36,569 nucleotides of DNA from a virus (taxonomy: Duplodnaviria; Heunggongvirae; Uroviricota; Caudoviricetes). Each line of letters opens with the position of its first letter. The first letter of the stretch is position 1. Below the pieces are notes generated by a model. It ran no database searches and was not told where the DNA came from. It saw nothing but the letters and a program-made list of their open reading frames with translations. The stretch is from IMG/VR virus record IMGVR_UViG_2721755726_000003; one strand, 5' to 3'. Below, piece by piece: positions 19,097 through 27,668 of this stretch. A program made the translations under genes and the position numbers.

Positions 19097-19747
19097 TCAG
19101 CGGCTGTCATTGCGCAGTCTGCGCTCCAGCTGCTGTTTGTCTTTTTTCACGCCACAGCGGGGATCGAGCTGTAACGCATGGTTGAGATGATTAAGGGCAG
19201 ACGCCGGATTTCTTTCACTCAGGACAGCGCCAATCGCTTTATGCAGACGCGCCCGTGACTGGTCCGGCATATCCATACCGTCTGTCAGCTCCAGGGTCTG
19301 CAGCAACAGATCGGCATCAAAGCCGGTGGCGGCAAGCATTGCGCTCTGGGCTGCATCTGCCATTTCCTCTGCCAGCACGGTCTGCACGTTGCGGTTACCT
19401 AACGGCATCACCCAGCCATGACGCAGGGCGTGACGCCCGATCTCCAGCGCCCCGGCATAATCTCCGGCATCAATGCGCCACAGCATCACGTACATCAGCA
19501 CGTCATCCTGTTGAGCGCCTCCGGCAGCCAGGACACCCTCCGCCCAGGCGGCGTACTTCGGCAGCAGCTCCACCTTGATTTCCGCTTTTTTGACCGTGGA
19601 CTGAACGCCCTTGAGACGGCGGCGGTCTTCCGCCAGTTGCAGCAGCATCAGGTCATAGCCCGACGCGTGGCGAACGCTGCCGCCCTCGCGGGCGGCCTGT
19701 TCAGCCTGAACGCGCAGGCGATGCTGCCGTGCGGGACTCAGGCTCAT
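19097..19747 (-). CDS. M: terminase endonuclease (small) subunit M
   Basis: 216-aa ORF, P2 gpM-like, synteny after N. Confidence 0.8.
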   Translation of the reverse strand: MSLSPARQHRLRVQAEQAAREGGSVRHASGYDLMLLQLAEDRRRLKGVQSTVKKAEIKVELLPKYAAWAEGVLAAGGAQQDDVLMYVMLWRIDAGDYAGALEIGRHALRHGWVMPLGNRNVQTVLAEEMADAAQSAMLAATGFDADLLLQTLELTDGMDMPDQSRARLHKAIGAVLSERNPASALNHLNHALQLDPRCGVKKDKQQLERRLRNDSR

Positions 19748-19750
19748 GAA

Positions 19751-20809
19751 TTACGCTCCGGTTTCTGCTACTGCGGCGCTGAAGTCGCCAATCTGGATGT
19801 TTTCCACCAGTGCGGCGCAGCGGTAGTCCTCAACCACATAGGCTTCGTTAACGGATTCAAAGTTTTCAATCCGGTCACGTTTCGGGTTGTCGATAACTGA
19901 GCGGCGGCGGGTGTCTTCCTGCCAGTAGATAGACAGGTTATCCAGACGGGTGATCAGCAGTGCATTCGGCGGGAAGAACGGCGCACGCACGGCCTGCAGG
20001 CCACCCATGCGTTTCTGACTGATGATCATATCGGCAGCCAGTTTTTCACTGTTTTCCTGCTCTTTGTTGACCAGCGGGAAATACTTGTCAGACAGCAGTT
20101 CACGACCGCAAATCACCACCAGATCGTCATCGTCCTGGTAGACCACATCGATAAGCTCATTGACGGCATCCATCACCACGGCGTCCAGGTTGGCATATTC
20201 GCCACCTTTCCCGACTTTCACCGCACCCGGTGTGGTTTCACCGCCCGTGGTGGTGCTGCCCATGACGTGATCCGGTGCATCTTCACGGATTTTCTGCAGC
20301 CAGCCTTTGTTCACATCCTGCAGCAGCGGGTTTTCGCTACGGTTGGAGGTTTTCGCACGCTTCACGCCGTTAAAGCCGATCATGATGCGGTCCAGAGCCT
20401 GACGTTTCACGATGGCGTCACGGATGCGCACCTGGAAATCCTGAAACTTCGCCCACAGGTCCAGCTTCGCGTAGGTCAGCACCGTGTCAAAGTTGGTCTG
20501 CTCGCATTTATATTCCACATCGACCATCAGCGTCGGATCGACAGGTTCACGCTCTTTCGCGGTGGTGTCAGTGGTTCCGGCAATGGTGCTGCCAACTCCC
20601 AGCCCCAGCAGCTGACCGGACTGCTCAGTCACTGGCGTGACGTTAATCAGCGTCAGGAAAGCGGCGGACTGCTGGATCTGGTCTTCCAGCGTCTGCTGCA
20701 CAGACGGCTCCACGGTGAACTTGCTGGACAGTTCTTCAACTGCCACACCGTTCAGACGCGCCAGCTGCTGCAGGTAAGCGTTAAAAGCAAAGCGGGTATT
20801 CTTCTTCAT
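19751..20809 (-). CDS. N: major capsid protein N
   Basis: 352-aa ORF, P2 gpN-like. Confidence 0.9.
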   Translation of the reverse strand: MKKNTRFAFNAYLQQLARLNGVAVEELSSKFTVEPSVQQTLEDQIQQSAAFLTLINVTPVTEQSGQLLGLGVGSTIAGTTDTTAKEREPVDPTLMVDVEYKCEQTNFDTVLTYAKLDLWAKFQDFQVRIRDAIVKRQALDRIMIGFNGVKRAKTSNRSENPLLQDVNKGWLQKIREDAPDHVMGSTTTGGETTPGAVKVGKGGEYANLDAVVMDAVNELIDVVYQDDDDLVVICGRELLSDKYFPLVNKEQENSEKLAADMIISQKRMGGLQAVRAPFFPPNALLITRLDNLSIYWQEDTRRRSVIDNPKRDRIENFESVNEAYVVEDYRCAALVENIQIGDFSAAVAETGA

Positions 20810-20825
20810 CGGGTTTTGTGCTCCA

Positions 20826-21659
20826 TCAGCAATTGGTCAGAGTGTCAGCGGGGGCGTTACCGCCTGTTGCACGCTGGCGGTAGTCCTGGCGACTGTCTTC
20901 ATGACTCAGCTTGTCCACCAGTTCGTTAAAGGCGGTTTGCTGTGCCTGCAGGGCAGTCTCCAGCTCAGACAGGCGTTCTTCCTGCTCAGACAGGGATTTT
21001 TCGGTGCGTGCGCTCAGGTTCTGCTGCTCAGTGGCGACCAGCTCCACGGCCTTATGCACATCAGAGAACCGGGCGTCATCGGACTGCTCTTTTTTGGTAA
21101 ACAGCGCCGTGACGCGGGCAAACAGGGACGGTTTGTCGTCCTGGATTTCTTCCAGTTCGATCACTGTTTCCTCTGCAGCGGTAAAGAGATTGGCAGGATT
21201 CTGCTTGCGGTTTGCCAGCGGGTTATGGGCTGCACTGGCGCTGAATGTCAGCATTTCCGTACCCAGACTGGCAGGGTCATCAGTGGCAGCCAGGCCGACC
21301 AGATAGGCTTTGCCCGTATCAGCGAACTTCGGGCTGACTTCCATAGAGGTGAATAATTTCTGGCCTTTTTTCACCAGTTCCACCAGGGACTCCGTTGGCT
21401 CAACGTCGGCATACAGCGCCATCTTGCCTGCCAGCGGACCTTCCGTGATTTCTTCAGCAAACAGCGCCGTCACCTTGCCGTAGCGGTTAAAGGTGCTGTC
21501 CGGCAGATAAGACTTGATGTGCTCAAGGTTAATCAGCGCGGTATACACCGCCGGGTTGTAGCTGGCTGCCATCTGTTCCAGCCATTCACGCTGGATTTCG
21601 CGTCCGTCGGTGGTGGCACCTTCCACCCCGATGCGAAAACGCTTTGCTTTCACTGTCAT
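20826..21659 (-). CDS. O: capsid scaffolding protein O
   Basis: 277-aa ORF, P2 gpO-like, coiled-coil C-terminus. Confidence 0.85.
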   Translation of the reverse strand: MTVKAKRFRIGVEGATTDGREIQREWLEQMAASYNPAVYTALINLEHIKSYLPDSTFNRYGKVTALFAEEITEGPLAGKMALYADVEPTESLVELVKKGQKLFTSMEVSPKFADTGKAYLVGLAATDDPASLGTEMLTFSASAAHNPLANRKQNPANLFTAAEETVIELEEIQDDKPSLFARVTALFTKKEQSDDARFSDVHKAVELVATEQQNLSARTEKSLSEQEERLSELETALQAQQTAFNELVDKLSHEDSRQDYRQRATGGNAPADTLTNC

Positions 21660-21737
21660 GAGCCGTGCTCCGTTAGAAAAAACTTACTGGAGCCTTATGG
21701 TTGCGGTGATGGGGGCAGTGAAACAATGCGCGGTATT

Positions 21738-21755
21738 TGTACCGACAACCACACA
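21738..21755. promoter_or_regulatory. putative Ogr-dependent late promoter element in divergent O/P control region
   Basis: TGT-N12-ACA dyad (tgt accgacaaccac aca) in the 142-bp O-P intergenic region. Confidence 0.35.
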
Positions 21756-21801
21756 AACCGCAGGCGGGGAAAGCCTTCATTCAAGGCTGTAGGTTTGTGC
21801 C

Positions 21802-23568
21802 ATGAACACCACACTGACACCCGCAGATCTCGATCCCCGTCGGCAGGCCATGCTGCTGTACTTTCAGGGATACCGCGTAGCCCGCATTGCTGAAATGCTG
21901 GGCGAGAAAGTTGCAACCGTTCACAGCTGGAAAAAACGCGACAAGTGGGGTGACTATGGGCCGCTGGATCAGATGCAGCTCACCACCGCCGCACGCTACT
22001 GCCAGCTCATTATGAAGGAGCACAAAGAAGGGAAAGATTTCAAAGAGATTGACCTGCTGGCGCGCCAGTCGGAGCGCCATGCGCGGATCGGCAAGTTTAA
22101 CAATGGCGGCAACGAAGCCGACTTAAACCCTAACGTCGCCAACCGCAACAAAGGCCCGCGCCGTCAGCCGGAAAAGAACATTTTCACCGATGAACAGATT
22201 GAGAAGCTGGAAGAAATCTTCCATTCCTCCATGTTCAACTACCAGCGCCACTGGTGGGAAGCCGGAAAAACCAACCGCATCCGCAACCTGCTGAAGTCAC
22301 GCCAGATCGGCGCGACCTTCTATTTTGCCCGTGAAGCCCTGATTGACGCCCTGCTAACCGGGCGTAACCAGATTTTCCTTTCCGCCAGCAAGGCTCAGGC
22401 CCACGTCTTTAAGCAGTACATCATCGACTTCGCCAAAGAAGTGGAGGTGGAGCTGAAAGGCGATCCGATGGTGCTTCCTAACGGGGCCACGCTGTACTTC
22501 CTCGGCACCAATGCCCGCACGGCCCAGAGTTACCACGGCAACCTGTATCTGGATGAATATTTCTGGATACCGAAATTCCAGGAGCTGCGCAAAGTGGCTT
22601 CCGGTATGGCTATTCACAAAAAATGGCGACAAACCTATTTTTCCACGCCATCCAGCCTGACACACAGTGCTTATCCGTTCTGGTCCGGTGCGCTGTTCAA
22701 CCGAGGGCGCAACAAAGCCGATAAGGTGGACATCGACCTGTCCCACAGCAATCTGGCCCCCGGCCTGCTGTGCGCAGACGGGCAGTACCGCCAGATAGTC
22801 ACTGTGGAAGATGCGGTGCGCGGCGGCTGTAACCTGTTCGACCTCGACCAGTTGCGCATGGAGTACAGCCCGGACGAATACCAGAACCTGCTGATGTGTG
22901 AGTTCGTGGACGATCTCGCGTCTGTGTTCCCACTCAGCGAGCTGCAGGCGTGCATGGTGGACAGTTGGGAAGTCTGGACCGACTTTCATGCACTGGCCCT
23001 GCGCCCGTTTGGCTGGCGCGAAGTGTGGATCGGATATGACCCGGCGAAAGGTACGCAGAACGGCGACAGCGCCGGATGCGTGGTGGTGGCGCCGCCAGCC
23101 GTGCCGGGCGGTAAGTTCCGCATTCTTGAGCGTCACCAGTGGCGCGGAATGGACTTCCGCGCCCAGGCTGACGCCATCAAAAAACTGACCGAACAGTACA
23201 ACGTGACCTATATCGGTATCGACTCAACCGGCGTTGGTCACGGGGTTTACGAGAACGTGAAAGCGTTTTTTCCTGCCGTCCGGGAGTTTGTCTACAACCC
23301 CAACGTTAAAAACGCCCTGGTACTCAAGGCCTACGACATTATCAGCCACCGCCGTCTGGAGTTTGACGCCGGACACACCGACATAGCGCAGTCCTTTATG
23401 GCAATCCGTCGCGCCACCACCGCCAGTGGCAACCGCCCGACCTATGAAGCCAGCCGCAGCGAAGAAGCCAGCCACGCCGATCTGGCCTGGGCAACGATGC
23501 ACGCACTGTTTAACGAACCGCTGCAGGGCGAATCCGCCAATACCAGCAATATTGTGGAGATTTTTTGA
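21802..23568 (+). CDS. P: terminase ATPase (large) subunit P
   Basis: 588-aa ORF, P2 gpP-like. Confidence 0.9.
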   Translation: MNTTLTPADLDPRRQAMLLYFQGYRVARIAEMLGEKVATVHSWKKRDKWGDYGPLDQMQLTTAARYCQLIMKEHKEGKDFKEIDLLARQSERHARIGKFNNGGNEADLNPNVANRNKGPRRQPEKNIFTDEQIEKLEEIFHSSMFNYQRHWWEAGKTNRIRNLLKSRQIGATFYFAREALIDALLTGRNQIFLSASKAQAHVFKQYIIDFAKEVEVELKGDPMVLPNGATLYFLGTNARTAQSYHGNLYLDEYFWIPKFQELRKVASGMAIHKKWRQTYFSTPSSLTHSAYPFWSGALFNRGRNKADKVDIDLSHSNLAPGLLCADGQYRQIVTVEDAVRGGCNLFDLDQLRMEYSPDEYQNLLMCEFVDDLASVFPLSELQACMVDSWEVWTDFHALALRPFGWREVWIGYDPAKGTQNGDSAGCVVVAPPAVPGGKFRILERHQWRGMDFRAQADAIKKLTEQYNVTYIGIDSTGVGHGVYENVKAFFPAVREFVYNPNVKNALVLKAYDIISHRRLEFDAGHTDIAQSFMAIRRATTASGNRPTYEASRSEEASHADLAWATMHALFNEPLQGESANTSNIVEIF

Positions 23569-24602
23569 TGGGAAAGAGTAAGAAGAACCGCGCTGCGGCG
23601 ACGAAACAGATCCAGCTTAAAAGTCAAACTACAGCCGAAGCATTCAGCTTCGGCGATCCCGTTCCTGTTCTGGACCGCCGAGAACTGCTGGATTATGTGG
23701 AATGCGTACAGATGGACCGCTGGTATGAGCCGCCCGTCAGCTTTGACGGACTGGCGCGCACCTTCCGCGCTGCCGTTCATCATAGTTCCCCGATTGCAGT
23801 AAAGTGCAACATTCTGACCAGCACCTACATCCCTCACCCGCTGCTCAGCCAGCAGGCTTTTTCGCGTTTTGTGCAGGACTATCTGGTATTTGGTAACGCC
23901 TACCTGGAGAAACGCACGAACCGCTTCGGTGAAGTTATCTCCCTTGAACCTGCCTTGGCAAAATACACCCGACGCGGGTTAGACCTGGATACCTACTGGT
24001 TTGTGCAATACGGTATGACCACGCAGCCATATCAGTTCACGAAAGGCAGCATCTTTCATCTGATGGAACCGGACATCAACCAGGAGATCTACGGCCTGCC
24101 CGGTTATCTTTCTGCTATTCCATCCGCCCTGCTCAACGAGTCTGCCACGCTGTTCCGCCGCAAGTATTACATTAACGGCAGTCATGCAGGCTTCATCATG
24201 TATATGACCGACGCCGCGCAGAACCAGGAAGATGTGAACAACCTCCGCAACGCGATGAAAAGCGCCAAAGGCCCTGGCAACTTCCGCAACCTGTTTATGT
24301 ACTCGCCTAACGGCAAAAAGGACGGGCTTCAGATCATCCCGTTGTCAGAAGTCGCAGCGAAAGATGAATTTCTGAACATCAAGAACGTGAGCCGGGACGA
24401 CATGATGGCTGCACACCGCGTACCGCCTCAGATGATGGGAATTTTGCCGAATAATGTTGGGGGGTTTGGGGATGTGGAGAAGGCAAGTCGGGTATTTGTT
24501 CGTAATGAATTAATACCTTTGCAAAAACGTTTCGAAGAATTAAATTTATGGCTAAAAAATAATATTATTACATTCAAAGAATATCAACTATCCCTAGACT
24601 AA
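23565..24602 (+). CDS. Q: portal protein Q
   Basis: 345-aa ORF, P2 gpQ-like, ATGA overlap with P. Confidence 0.9.
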   Translation: MMGKSKKNRAAATKQIQLKSQTTAEAFSFGDPVPVLDRRELLDYVECVQMDRWYEPPVSFDGLARTFRAAVHHSSPIAVKCNILTSTYIPHPLLSQQAFSRFVQDYLVFGNAYLEKRTNRFGEVISLEPALAKYTRRGLDLDTYWFVQYGMTTQPYQFTKGSIFHLMEPDINQEIYGLPGYLSAIPSALLNESATLFRRKYYINGSHAGFIMYMTDAAQNQEDVNNLRNAMKSAKGPGNFRNLFMYSPNGKKDGLQIIPLSEVAAKDEFLNIKNVSRDDMMAAHRVPPQMMGILPNNVGGFGDVEKASRVFVRNELIPLQKRFEELNLWLKNNIITFKEYQLSLD

Positions 24603-24607
24603 TTAAT

Positions 24608-24628
24608 AACCACCTCTATGAGGTGGTT
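24608..24628. terminator. hairpin between convergent Q and 469-aa gene
   Basis: Perfect 9-bp stem aaccacctc/gaggtggtt with 3-nt loop, AT-rich flanks. Confidence 0.45.
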
Positions 24629-24649
24629 AACAAGAATAAACCTAATTAA

Positions 24650-26059
24650 TTACTCATCTACTCTGATTTTTTGTTTTTTATTATTTTGAGTTAAGACATT
24701 TATGGTAATAGATGTATACGGATGAAAGTCAGGCACTATACTTTTAACCTCTCCATTTTCAAGAAAATGATGTGCTATTGAAGGAAATAAATCAGGATCT
24801 ACAGGATATTTAGCATTAGGATTATGATACATATTTAAACCTTCTGCCCATGTTTCTGTAATATCGCCTTCTTTCACTTCAAAACTAAATGCTGCTGGAT
24901 ATAATGCCTCTGGGTCATGATCATGGCAGTAACCACTCCTAAATAATCTAAGGTCACTTCTTCCAAAACCAGCCAGTTTTCCCATCCGATTAAACTTCGA
25001 TATAGTACCACTATTAGAACTAAGGACGGCCGAAATATTTTCAGACTCATCCAAGAAGAAAAAGCCTGAAGGAATTTCCTTTTTCTCAAATTGATGCGAT
25101 ATAATTTTCTTAGTTGCTAAACTGTAACATCCATCTTCAGATTTAACATGCTCATAGCGAATACCATAAAGATACTGCCAAAGTGCACTATGGGACCAAA
25201 TCATAGAGTTTGGTTCATGAAAATCAGCAATTGCGAAAATTAAAGGATTCCCCTTAACATGTTCTAGATCCCAGTATCGAGTTTTCTTTTTCAGTTTAGA
25301 ATAGAGAGAACTTCCAAATTTAATCGGCATATAATTCTCTATTTTCTCTAGCAATTCTTCCTTACTTTTAGGTTCAGATAGCATTTCAGATGATTGATTA
25401 ATATCATTCCCTGTTGGATTAACCGTTACAGCTTCAATGCAAATAGTATTACCATACTTACGTGCCACATAATCAGGGGCATTAAACTGCCTATCTAGCC
25501 AAAAGTGTTCCTCTCGTAAATATGCGAAAAGATATAACTCCCATAGCCGGGCATCAAAACCTGTTGTCTGAAACTGCTCTATAAAATTCCCGTCGACATC
25601 CTCAAAATGATTCATCATTTCCTTGATTATCCCTGTTGCAGGCGACCAGTTCGCGTATTTACCAAATAATGAAAAATGATGATGAAGTTTATCTGGTGTA
25701 ACTATAGGTGTGAATAAATCCATTGCTTTATAAGTTTCATCACCTTGTGGAAATACTTTTACGTTTAATTTAGTATGCTTCCGCATTAATTTCTTTAGTT
25801 TTGCTCGTGCAGAATTCATTTCTGAAACACTAGTAAATAGGTCAATACATCTATATCTCCCACTTAAGTCTCTTGCTAAAACAATACCGCTATAATCTTC
25901 ATCGATTTGATCCAATAATAGTGCCCCTAGCAGGAACTCTCTCGGACTACAGTACCACTCAAACTCATAGCCTAAAAGTTCAGTATTTGGCATTCTGGTC
26001 CAATCAACAAAAGCATTAAACCTCTCTTTACTCATTTTTTTTATATCAAGAAAAGACAT
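24650..26059 (-). CDS. hypothetical 469-aa protein, AT-rich accessory gene (candidate defence/exclusion cargo)
   Basis: Long uninterrupted ORF, ATG start with GAGGT SD, visibly AT-rich against GC-rich phage core; no family recognised by eye. Confidence 0.75.
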   Translation of the reverse strand: MSFLDIKKMSKERFNAFVDWTRMPNTELLGYEFEWYCSPREFLLGALLLDQIDEDYSGIVLARDLSGRYRCIDLFTSVSEMNSARAKLKKLMRKHTKLNVKVFPQGDETYKAMDLFTPIVTPDKLHHHFSLFGKYANWSPATGIIKEMMNHFEDVDGNFIEQFQTTGFDARLWELYLFAYLREEHFWLDRQFNAPDYVARKYGNTICIEAVTVNPTGNDINQSSEMLSEPKSKEELLEKIENYMPIKFGSSLYSKLKKKTRYWDLEHVKGNPLIFAIADFHEPNSMIWSHSALWQYLYGIRYEHVKSEDGCYSLATKKIISHQFEKKEIPSGFFFLDESENISAVLSSNSGTISKFNRMGKLAGFGRSDLRLFRSGYCHDHDPEALYPAAFSFEVKEGDITETWAEGLNMYHNPNAKYPVDPDLFPSIAHHFLENGEVKSIVPDFHPYTSITINVLTQNNKKQKIRVDE

Positions 26060-26157
26060 CTTTCTACCTCATCACGAAAAAATATTTTTTCCTAAAAAGA
26101 CTTAAGTTAGCTTAATCTATCGATAAAAAAAAGCTAAGTAACGACCAAATACGCGCG

Positions 26158-26176
26158 CTCGTATCCCCGCCACGCC
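26158..26176 (-). other. putative cos (cohesive end) site
   Basis: Minus-strand GGCGTGGCGGGGATACGAG resembles the P2/186 19-nt cohesive end (GGCG-A/T-GGCGGGGA...), oriented toward Q. Confidence 0.4.
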
Positions 26177-26197
26177 TGCCCGCTTTATGCAGTGGTT

Positions 26198-26303
26198 TTC
26201 ATGCACATGCATGACATGAGCAAAAGCCCGCCAGTTCTGGCGGATCTGAGCAAAGACGATCCTCAATCGATCATGCGATTTCATGCAGCATAGTCATGCA
26301 CTG
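26198..26303. repeat. cluster of short CATGCA/CATGCG/CATGAC motifs and a 16-bp palindrome next to putative cos
   Basis: At least six CATGxx hexamers in about 100 bp plus palindrome ccgccagttctggcgg at 26228..26243; possible terminase or regulator binding sites. Confidence 0.3.
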
Positions 26304-26555
26304 TCAAGGAAGTGAAAATCCGTATCTGAATGGCCACTTGAAAAACGGATCATACGGGTTTACAAAGATGAATGTTCGCTGTGAACGGGAAGCGGAAGTT
26401 AACTTTCAGATAACATAATCCATATGCACGAGAACCTCTAAAATAGAATGGGACACCTAAGCGGGGTACTTACAACGATTCTTTCCATATTCACAGTTAA
26501 CACTCTGTTTGGCGTATTTTTATTCAAATAGCAAACACCAATAAAAGGAGTTTCC

Positions 26556-26891
26556 ATGAACAATATTCCCCCTATACCACAGTTAGGAATTTATGTCTCA
26601 AAAATCGATCCCACCCTACGTATCACTGTAACCGATGTTGATATTGTTGATGGTGAGGATGATTCTCCTGATGATGAATTGTTTTATTTAGTCCACTGGA
26701 TCGAGGGGGAAGATGAAAGTGATATGACAGCAATGGGATTTGAGCTAGACCCATTAGAGTGGCAGGCTTTCGTTGAATCTGAGCAATTAGTGTTTGAGCG
26801 TGATCCGTACATGGATTCAATCCCCGAAAATTCAAACTTGGCAAAGATTCGGGATTTTCTCATGAAGACTAAACAGAATGATCATTCGTAA
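26556..26891 (+). CDS. hypothetical small acidic protein (111 aa)
   Basis: ATG with AAGGAG SD; about 26 Asp/Glu against about 7 basic residues by hand count; AT-rich. Confidence 0.65.
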   Translation: MNNIPPIPQLGIYVSKIDPTLRITVTDVDIVDGEDDSPDDELFYLVHWIEGEDESDMTAMGFELDPLEWQAFVESEQLVFERDPYMDSIPENSNLAKIRDFLMKTKQNDHS

Positions 26892-27083
26892 GTGTAAGCA
26901 TCCATCAGGAAAATGGTTTTGTAAGTGAATCATCAACTTTTAGAGAGTCTCAGACACTCCCACTTCTGCTTCTGACACAAAGCGGACGATCACTTATCAA
27001 AATAACCGCCCACCTTACGCCTTATTTCACTCATTGCCCAAACTAGCCCCCATCAGAATGAATCCTCCTGGGGGCAACATTTC

Positions 27084-27317
27084 TTAATGCAGCCAGCTGT
27101 CGTCCTCCCACACCTTCTGCATAATTTTCATCACTTGTTTTCTTTCTTCATCCAGTTGCAGTCCGGTTAGTTCCACACCGTTAGAGCTACCTTTGCGAAT
27201 GCGAATTACCGTTTTGGGATACAGGGGGCGCAGATTGCGGTAAAGCTCGGATTCAAGTGCGTCCAGGGTAGACTGGCTAATCTTCTGCTCTTTATCGATC
27301 ATTATTTCAATGCGCAT
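27084..27317 (-). CDS. DinI-family protein
   Basis: 77-aa product MRIEIMIDKEQKIS...KVWEDDSWL resembles E. coli DinI (MRIEVTI...WESADDWF); start at internal Met with GGTGA SD, track ORF extends to 27389. Confidence 0.7.
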   Translation of the reverse strand: MRIEIMIDKEQKISQSTLDALESELYRNLRPLYPKTVIRIRKGSSNGVELTGLQLDEERKQVMKIMQKVWEDDSWLH

Positions 27318-27327
27318 AAAAGTCACC

Positions 27328-27516
27328 TCAGCTGATGACATCCATTGAGCGGTTGTATTCGTGGCTTCTGATTTTTGCCATGAGTTCATCAGTCAATTCA
27401 GAAACCCACTGCAGAGCCAGCCCCTTCTCTTCATCACTACACTCACTAGCCGCTACAAGCTTAAGAAAAAAATCAATGCGCTGGAGCTTCAAAGACTCCA
27501 AAAAATAGTCCTGCAT
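27328..27516 (-). CDS. hypothetical 62-aa SOS-operon protein (possible N-terminal part of a Tum-like antirepressor)
   Basis: ATG with GGAGG SD immediately downstream of LexA box; stops 11 nt before DinI-like start. Confidence 0.5.
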   Translation of the reverse strand: MQDYFLESLKLQRIDFFLKLVAASECSDEEKGLALQWVSELTDELMAKIRSHEYNRSMDVIS

Positions 27517-27557
27517 CTTTCCTCCTATGACACCAAAACAATACTGTATGCATAACC

Positions 27558-27577
27558 ACTGTTTATATTTACAGTAT
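27558..27577 (-). promoter_or_regulatory. LexA box (SOS operator) with promoter
   Basis: ACTGTTTATATTTACAGTAT matches CTGT-N8-ACAG consensus; TTTACA -35-like hexamer just upstream on the minus strand; degenerate second half-site at 27541..27556. Confidence 0.7.
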
Positions 27578-27668
27578 ATAATAATCTTACTGATGTAAAA
27601 CGTTTTTTTACGTTCATCGGCCTGATATGCCTGGTATTATTAAGAGCACGAATTGTTAACCCGCGTAA

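Noticed and set aside
20267-21356. Plus-strand ORFs opposite capsid (N) and scaffold (O) genes
   Set aside because: Antisense to strongly supported structural genes; no independent evidence.
22354-23136. 260-aa minus-strand ORF inside terminase gene P
   Set aside because: Antisense to P, which has clear terminase identity and operon context.
24650-26059. Whether the 469-aa gene is a P2 Old-like ATPase nuclease
   Set aside because: No Walker A (GxxxxGK[ST]) or other ATPase motif visible in the translation and the length differs from the roughly 590 aa I recall for Old; left as unknown function.
27541-27556. Second LexA box upstream of the first
   Set aside because: Has the CTGT half but the second half (CCAC) does not match ACAG; at most a degenerate half-site.
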